The position numbers and the translations under genes were made by a program. Positions 58,891 to 64,000 of a stretch of 64,000 bases of DNA are shown piece by piece. The stretch comes from an uncultured Dehalococcoidaceae bacterium (GTDB lineage Bacteria > Chloroflexota > Dehalococcoidia > UBA2979). The DNA lies in NCBI GenBank assembly GCA_964479165.1, contig CAYZJO010000005.1, positions 30,659-94,658 on the forward strand, read 5' to 3'. A model generated the notes under the pieces. It saw only the letters and a list, made by a program, of their open reading frames with translations, was not told where the DNA came from and did no database searches. Position 1 is the stretch's first letter, and each line of letters opens with the position of its first letter.

Positions 58891-59604
58891 CTATGCCCGC
58901 TTGCGGATTCCCCCTCGAAGGGGGAAGTCATTGGCGCGGTCGATCGGTGACACAGCGTTGTCGTAGGCGGCCGCGACCCCCAACAGCACGCGGTCCGCGA
59001 GCCCGGCGATCTCCGCGCGAGCCGTGGCTGAGTCCTCGGCGCCGAGCCGGCTGCGCTCCGCGAGCTGCTTCGCCGCGTCGTCGAGGGCACGCCGGAAGAA
59101 CGTGAAGCCCTTGAGCGCGGCCGAGAGCGGCGTCCCTCGCTGCCACAGGCTCTGTCCGTACGCCAGCCCGATCTCGTCCACCTCGCGCTCGATGGCGCCA
59201 CGTGGACGGCTGCGCACGATGTACTCACCGGCGAGCTCCACGAGCCGGCGGCCGAGGGGGCGCAGGGCGTCCCGGTCATCGTCCTCGAGCGCGCGGTACC
59301 AGGCGTTGTCGCCATGTGGCCGATGGAGCTGTCGGCGGATCCGGCTCACGGTTGCCGCCTCAAGCTCGTGCTCGGCGCGGTAGCGACCCTCGGTGAGCGC
59401 CATCAGATCGGACTCGGCGAAGCGGCGGTGGCCTCCGGGGGTCCGGAAACAGCGGATTTCCCCTGAGTCCGCCCAACGCCGCACCGTCGACTCGTTCACA
59501 CCCACGATCTCGCAGGCGCGCGCGAGCGTCACCCAGCGCGTGCCCATCGATTCACGGTCGGGCGTCTGGGTCGTGCCGTCGCGTTGATCGCTCCGGTTCG
59601 TCAT
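58891..59604 (-). CDS. MerR/Xis(BldC)-type HTH protein with C-terminal helical (globin-like?) domain
   Basis: WVTLARACEIVGVNESTVRRWADSGEIRCFRTPGGHRRF; C-terminal all-helical region. Confidence 0.75.
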   Translation of the reverse strand: MTNRSDQRDGTTQTPDRESMGTRWVTLARACEIVGVNESTVRRWADSGEIRCFRTPGGHRRFAESDLMALTEGRYRAEHELEAATVSRIRRQLHRPHGDNAWYRALEDDDRDALRPLGRRLVELAGEYIVRSRPRGAIEREVDEIGLAYGQSLWQRGTPLSAALKGFTFFRRALDDAAKQLAERSRLGAEDSATARAEIAGLADRVLLGVAAAYDNAVSPIDRANDFPLRGGIRKRA

Positions 59605-59624
59605 CTCGTTCACCCTCACCCCGG

Positions 59625-60491
59625 CTACGCTACCGAGGTCACCAAACCCACGTGGCGAAGCAGCGCGTCGACGCCCATCCGCCGACACGTGAACATCGGC
59701 GTGTCGCGCTCGGTGTAGGACGAGGCCTCGGAGTCGCGCAACTCACGGACGAGCGCGAGGAAGTCGCCCGGGGCATTCCCCTCGAATGCGACGACGAACT
59801 CCTGGTCGTCGAGTCCGTACGAGTACGTGGTGTTGATCTTGATGCCATGGTACGCGTGTCCGATGGCGATGTGCTCGTTCATCATGCGCTGCCGCTCCTC
59901 GACGGGGAGCTTGTACCAGGCGCGCGTCTTCACCATCGGGTACACGAACAGATACGCGTCGGTGCCACCGTCCGAGCGCAGGCGCTCGCGTTTGCTGGAA
60001 CCCGGGTGGATTTCATTCGTGTAGATCGAGCGCATCGTCATCGAGAGGTACGAGTGCGGACGCTCGAGCGCCGCGGCCACGGGCGAGCCGAGCAACTCCG
60101 CGTGCCAGTCCATGATTGGCTCAAGGTCGTCGTGGACCTGCCACACGAGGAAGTCGGTGTCCGCGCGCGTCCCCACGGTCGAGTAAACGCGAGTGAGCAT
60201 CCGCTCCGCCGACTCATCGAGCAGCGCGGTGAGCTGCTCGGCGAGGGACGCCCGCTGCTCCGCGGGCCACGTGCGGACCTCGTCGCGGACGCGGAAGAAC
60301 GTGAACTTGACCGACTGCACGCCGCGCGGGCCGGAGCCGTAGGCCTGGCCGCTCGCGTGGGTCGAGGCATGCGGCGATCCGCCGGGAGCATGGTGATGAT
60401 GGGCGTGCTCCGCGGCGGGGACAGCACCGTGCGGAACAGACGCCGGGGCCCCGGCGGGCTGGGTCTGGCTCGTCTGAATCTCGCTGGTCAT
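59625..60491 (-). CDS. chdC: Chlorite dismutase family protein, probable coproheme decarboxylase
   Basis: YPMVK, WYKLP, EHIAIG, YSYGLDDQEFVVAFE, YTERDTP; located in hem operon; His-rich N-terminus. Confidence 0.8.
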   Translation of the reverse strand: MTSEIQTSQTQPAGAPASVPHGAVPAAEHAHHHHAPGGSPHASTHASGQAYGSGPRGVQSVKFTFFRVRDEVRTWPAEQRASLAEQLTALLDESAERMLTRVYSTVGTRADTDFLVWQVHDDLEPIMDWHAELLGSPVAAALERPHSYLSMTMRSIYTNEIHPGSSKRERLRSDGGTDAYLFVYPMVKTRAWYKLPVEERQRMMNEHIAIGHAYHGIKINTTYSYGLDDQEFVVAFEGNAPGDFLALVRELRDSEASSYTERDTPMFTCRRMGVDALLRHVGLVTSVA

Positions 60492-61495
60492 CGGGCTGCG
60501 ACCCCCTGCTCCAATTCTCGCGGCAGACCGTAGTTCGCGTCGTACAGCTCTTCGATGCGTGCGGCCTCGTCCTCGGTGATGTCGGCGACGTCGGAGGCTC
60601 CGACGAACTCCTCGAGTTGGTCGAGGTCGTAGATGTTCGGGAGCGCGCTGGCGATGGCTTCGTCTCGGAGGGCAAAGCGGAGAGCGGCCTGTCCGAGCGT
60701 GCGCCCGTTGGTGAGGAAATCGAGCTGCTCGATCTTCTGCAGACCGTTCACCAGCCACGCCCGCGGGCGGTGGCGGCGGTGGTCGTTCTCCGCGAAGACG
60801 GTGTCGATGGTGTACTTGCCCTCGAGCATCCCGGAGGAGTGCGGCACGCGGACCAGCAGCGATCGGTTCGTGCGATTTGCCTCGGCGATGAGCGCCCGTC
60901 CCGGGTCGAGCTCGAGCGCGTTGTAGATCATGTGCACGATCTCGGCCTTGCGGTCGCGCATCGAGTAGAGGCCCTCATCGAGCCAGCCGATCGCCGGCCC
61001 GAGGGCGACGCCGACCGAGCGCACCTTGCCTTCGGCGCGCAGGTCGTCCAGCAGCGCCCAGAGGTCGTCGCGGAGCAGGTGCTCCATCCGCACGTTGTGC
61101 AGCTGCCAGAGATCGATGTGGTCCGCCTCGAGCCGGCGCAACGAATTCTCGAGCGCGCGCCTGACGAATGCGGGGTCGAAGTTGTGCGGCGCCTCCTGGT
61201 GCCCCTCCCGGCGCTCGGAGGGCGCAGCCTCCCAGTCGTAGCCGAACTTCGTCGCGATGACGAGGTCGGCGCGCTCAGCTGGCGAGAACGCCTTGGCGAG
61301 GATTTCCTCGCCGTAGCCGTTGCCGTAGGTGTCCGCGGTATCGAAGAAGGTGATTCCGAGTTCGCGCGCTGCCCGCAGCAGGCTGATCGCCTCGGCCTCG
61401 GTGTAGTTGCCCCACCATCCGGCGGTCACCGTCCACACGCCGAAGCCAACTTCGGAAACCGTGAGGTCCGTCTCACGGATGGTGCGGTAGCGCAA
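60488..61495 (-). CDS. Aldo/keto reductase
   Basis: SEVGFG, FFDTADTYG, IATKFG, SLRRL, IDLWQLHN; stop overlaps chdC start. Confidence 0.92.
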   Translation of the reverse strand: MRYRTIRETDLTVSEVGFGVWTVTAGWWGNYTEAEAISLLRAARELGITFFDTADTYGNGYGEEILAKAFSPAERADLVIATKFGYDWEAAPSERREGHQEAPHNFDPAFVRRALENSLRRLEADHIDLWQLHNVRMEHLLRDDLWALLDDLRAEGKVRSVGVALGPAIGWLDEGLYSMRDRKAEIVHMIYNALELDPGRALIAEANRTNRSLLVRVPHSSGMLEGKYTIDTVFAENDHRRHRPRAWLVNGLQKIEQLDFLTNGRTLGQAALRFALRDEAIASALPNIYDLDQLEEFVGASDVADITEDEAARIEELYDANYGLPRELEQGVAAR

Positions 61496-61580
61496 CGATT
61501 ACCTCCCCCGGCTTGCACGGTGGTCCAACTCGCAGGACCGAACCATCGTCGCACCAAGTCTTGCAAACAAGAGAACAGTC

Positions 61581-61620
61581 TGCAGATTTGTAGAGATTTG
61601 GGGTTTCGCAGAGTTTCGCA
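61581..61620. promoter_or_regulatory. Phased 10-bp direct repeats upstream of the AKR-chdC-hem operon (candidate operator)
   Basis: TGCAGATTTG TAGAGATTTG GGGTTTCGCA GAGTTTCGCA: two adjacent pairs of 10-bp-period repeats in an AT-richer intergenic region. Confidence 0.45.
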
Positions 61621-61797
61621 CCACGCGATTCCGTTCGCGCTTCGACGACTGCGGGAGAGGGCGCGAGTTGCGCGATCCACCATAACTCGCAGGTCGATAG
61701 CGGCACAGCCCTACGGGCGTGCGCGCCCGCCGCTCTGGCAGCCGTCCGGCGAGGGGCAGAGTTCGAGGCAGGCCCGGGAACCGAGTACACTTGCCTG

Positions 61798-63375
61798 GTG
61801 AACGCGCCCGCCCAACCGCGCGAGATCGAGTGGCAGTTCGAATGCGCCGACCTCGGCGCGGTCGAGCGTTGGCTCGGAGTCCGCACCACGGGGGGCGTGT
61901 ACACCGTCCGGCCGCGAGCCGAGACGCTGCTCGAGGACACCTACGCTGACACTGACGATTGGCGTATCTGGCGCTCCGGCTACGCCCTCCGCGTCCGCGC
62001 CAAGGGACCGCGCGCCGAGGCCACGCTGAAATCGCTGACGAAACGTTCCGGCGGCTCGGACGCGGTGGACCGCGAGGAGATCACCGAGCCGCTGACCGAG
62101 CCGCGGATCGCCGCACTGCTGCATTGCAGTGGTCCCGTTGCCGAACGTGTTCGAGTCGTCAGCGGGCCGCGTACCGTGGCCCGGCTGTTCTCGGTGCGGA
62201 CGCGACGCCGGACGTTCGAACTCGCGGTCGACGGCCGACCGGCGGCAGAGATCGCCCTCGACGAGTCGTCGTATGCCTGTGGCGCGAGCAGCGATGGCCG
62301 GCATGACCTCACGCGAGTCGAAGTGGAGCTCGAGCCCGGCGTCGATGCGGACGACGTGACGCCGTTCGTTGGGGCGCTGCGCGTCGCCGGCGGCCTCGTA
62401 CCCGCGGCTGCATCGAAGTACGAGGTCGGGCTGCGGCTGGCGGGTCTGACCCCGGTGGGCACTCCGGACCTCGGGTCTACCGACGTGTCGCTGGCGATGC
62501 CCACCGGCGAGGCTGCGTACGCGGTCCTGCGAAGTCAGTTCGCTGAGGCGCTGCGACATGAGCCCGGCACACGTCTCGGGGCGGACCCCGAGGAGCTCCA
62601 CGACATGCGCGTGGCGATCCGCCGTCTGCGAGCGGCCCTCTCGCTATTCCGCCCGTGGCTGGCACCGCAGTCGGAGTACCTACGAGTGGAGCTCGGCTGG
62701 ATCGCCCGCCTGCTCGGCGCCGTGCGCGATCTCGACGTGCAGATCGCGAGCCTCGAGCGCGTGCCGGAGCGCGAGGCGCTCGCCCCGCTGGTCGACCTGC
62801 TCCAGGCGCGACGCCACGACGCGCGAGAGCGGATGCTGGGCGCGCTCGACTCGCGCGCGTACACGCTGTTGCTCACGGACGTGACCTCGATGCTGAGCGC
62901 TGGGCCACCCCCCGGCAGCCCACCCGCGGCGCAGATTGCGCCGAGGTTGATTAAGAAGCGCTATCAGCGGTTCCGCTCGCTCGCCGATGCGCTCACGCCG
63001 GAGTCACCGCCAGCCGAGTACCACGCGCTCCGCCTACGCGGGAAGCGGCTACGCTACGCCCTCGAGTTCTTCGCCGACCCGTATGGCCCAGAGGCCGAGC
63101 GCGCGGTTCGCGCACTCCAGCAGCTGCAAGACGTGCTCGGCACGCACCAGGACGCCGAGGTGGCGAACCAGCATCTGCGTGAGCTGATCGAGGCCGAGCA
63201 GCAGTCCTTGCCCGTTCGCACGGCGTTCGCGATGGGAGCACTGGCGGAGCGCCAGCTGCTCGGAATGGCCGCGACGGCCGCCCTTGTACCCGACCTCGAT
63301 GCAAGGCTCACGGCCGAGTTCAAATCGCTGAAACGAACGATGAGGCGCCTCGCTCGCAGATCCCGCGAGGACTGA
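61798..63375 (+). CDS. CYTH + CHAD domain protein
   Basis: REIEWQF (ExExK-like), DTYADT, ALRVR, EIALDE, VEVEL; CHAD LHDMRVAIRRLR, LGAVRDLDV, HALRLRGKRLRYALE, LGTHQD. Confidence 0.88.
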   Translation: MNAPAQPREIEWQFECADLGAVERWLGVRTTGGVYTVRPRAETLLEDTYADTDDWRIWRSGYALRVRAKGPRAEATLKSLTKRSGGSDAVDREEITEPLTEPRIAALLHCSGPVAERVRVVSGPRTVARLFSVRTRRRTFELAVDGRPAAEIALDESSYACGASSDGRHDLTRVEVELEPGVDADDVTPFVGALRVAGGLVPAAASKYEVGLRLAGLTPVGTPDLGSTDVSLAMPTGEAAYAVLRSQFAEALRHEPGTRLGADPEELHDMRVAIRRLRAALSLFRPWLAPQSEYLRVELGWIARLLGAVRDLDVQIASLERVPEREALAPLVDLLQARRHDARERMLGALDSRAYTLLLTDVTSMLSAGPPPGSPPAAQIAPRLIKKRYQRFRSLADALTPESPPAEYHALRLRGKRLRYALEFFADPYGPEAERAVRALQQLQDVLGTHQDAEVANQHLRELIEAEQQSLPVRTAFAMGALAERQLLGMAATAALVPDLDARLTAEFKSLKRTMRRLARRSRED

Positions 63376-63383
63376 GGCCAGCC

Positions 63384-63887
63384 GTGAGGCTCTACCTCGT
63401 GCGGCATGCGATCGCGGAGGCGCGCGACTTCGAGCGTTGGGCGGACGACGCCGAACGCCCGCTCACAAAACGCGGTGTGAAGCGCTTCCGTAGGGCGGCG
63501 CGCGGGCTCGCGCGGGTTGTCCCCACGGTCGAGGTCACGCTCGCGAGCCCGTACCTGCGAGCGTGGCAGACGGCGCTCCTGCTCGCCGAGGAGTGCGGTT
63601 GGCCACCCCCCACGGTTGCTCCGTCACTTCTGCCCGGAAGCCTGCCCGTGCAGGCGGTCGCCAGCTTGCTCGCCCACCGCGAGGCAGCCACGGTGGCGAT
63701 GGTCGGCCACGAGCCAGACCTGCACCGCCTCGCGTCGCACCTGCTCACCGGCGACGAGAACCGCGCATTCCTGCAGTTCCGCAAGGGGTCGGTCGCCCTG
63801 CTCGAGTTGCCGCTGATCGAGGCGGGGCAGGCGTCGCTCGCATGGCTCATGACGCCAAGGCTGCTGCGACAGCTCGACGCCCCGTAA
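63384..63887 (+). CDS. sixA: Phosphohistidine phosphatase SixA-like
   Basis: LVRHAIA (RHG-like), RPLT, SPYLRAWQTA, VGHEPDL, KGSV. Confidence 0.85.
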   Translation: MRLYLVRHAIAEARDFERWADDAERPLTKRGVKRFRRAARGLARVVPTVEVTLASPYLRAWQTALLLAEECGWPPPTVAPSLLPGSLPVQAVASLLAHREAATVAMVGHEPDLHRLASHLLTGDENRAFLQFRKGSVALLELPLIEAGQASLAWLMTPRLLRQLDAP

Positions 63888-63895
63888 CCACCCGG

Positions 63896-64000
63896 TCAGG
63901 GCACGAACTCGGCGGGATCCATCAGGACGGAGCGCTCGAAGACACGCTCTACGCGCTCGATGACGGTGACCGGCAGGCGGCCGCTCCACCCGGGCGCGAC
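63896..64000 (-). CDS. C-terminal fragment of an unidentified protein (runs off window end)
   Basis: Open frame VAPGWSGRLPVTVIERVERVFERSVLMDPAEFVP ending at TGA 63896-63898. Confidence 0.4.
   Translation of the reverse strand, partial: VAPGWSGRLPVTVIERVERVFERSVLMDPAEFVP

Noticed and set aside
1-64000. CRISPR array, rRNA, IS transposase or prophage genes
   Set aside because: No regularly spaced repeat-spacer units, rRNA-like segments, or DDE/integrase/phage motifs were found by inspection

Overview
High-GC bacterial chromosomal segment; gene content (T-box-controlled trp operon, DUF6391, HTH-globin-like regulator, ACT-fused GlnE) suggests Chloroflexota, possibly Dehalococcoidia-like (inference, not verified). 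Left to right: a minus-strand trp operon (trpE-[Nudix/DinB]-trpG-trpD-trpC-trpF, running off the left edge) preceded by a Trp T-box riboswitch AND a WWW leader peptide; gmk/tyrA/HD/M50; a secreted beta-propeller plus SLT-like protein; oxidoreductases, tandem GNAT paralogues, SDR, MFS; a small locus with a LIM-like Zn finger, a tRNA-like RNA and a protein colinear with eukaryotic type I PRMTs, next to tRNA-Arg(UCU); ACT-ACT-GlnE; peptidases; vapBC; a complete phoB-phoR-pstSCAB-phoU cluster; recQ; a Na/Pi symporter; a tetrapyrrole operon (AKR-chdC-HTH-sirC-hemA-hemC-cobA/hemD-hemB-hemL) interrupted by a GIY-YIG nuclease gene flanked by loop-conserved REP-like hairpins; CYTH-CHAD and sixA. No CRISPR array, rRNA, transposase or integrase was seen. 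All product calls come from motif recognition by eye; no database searches were run.
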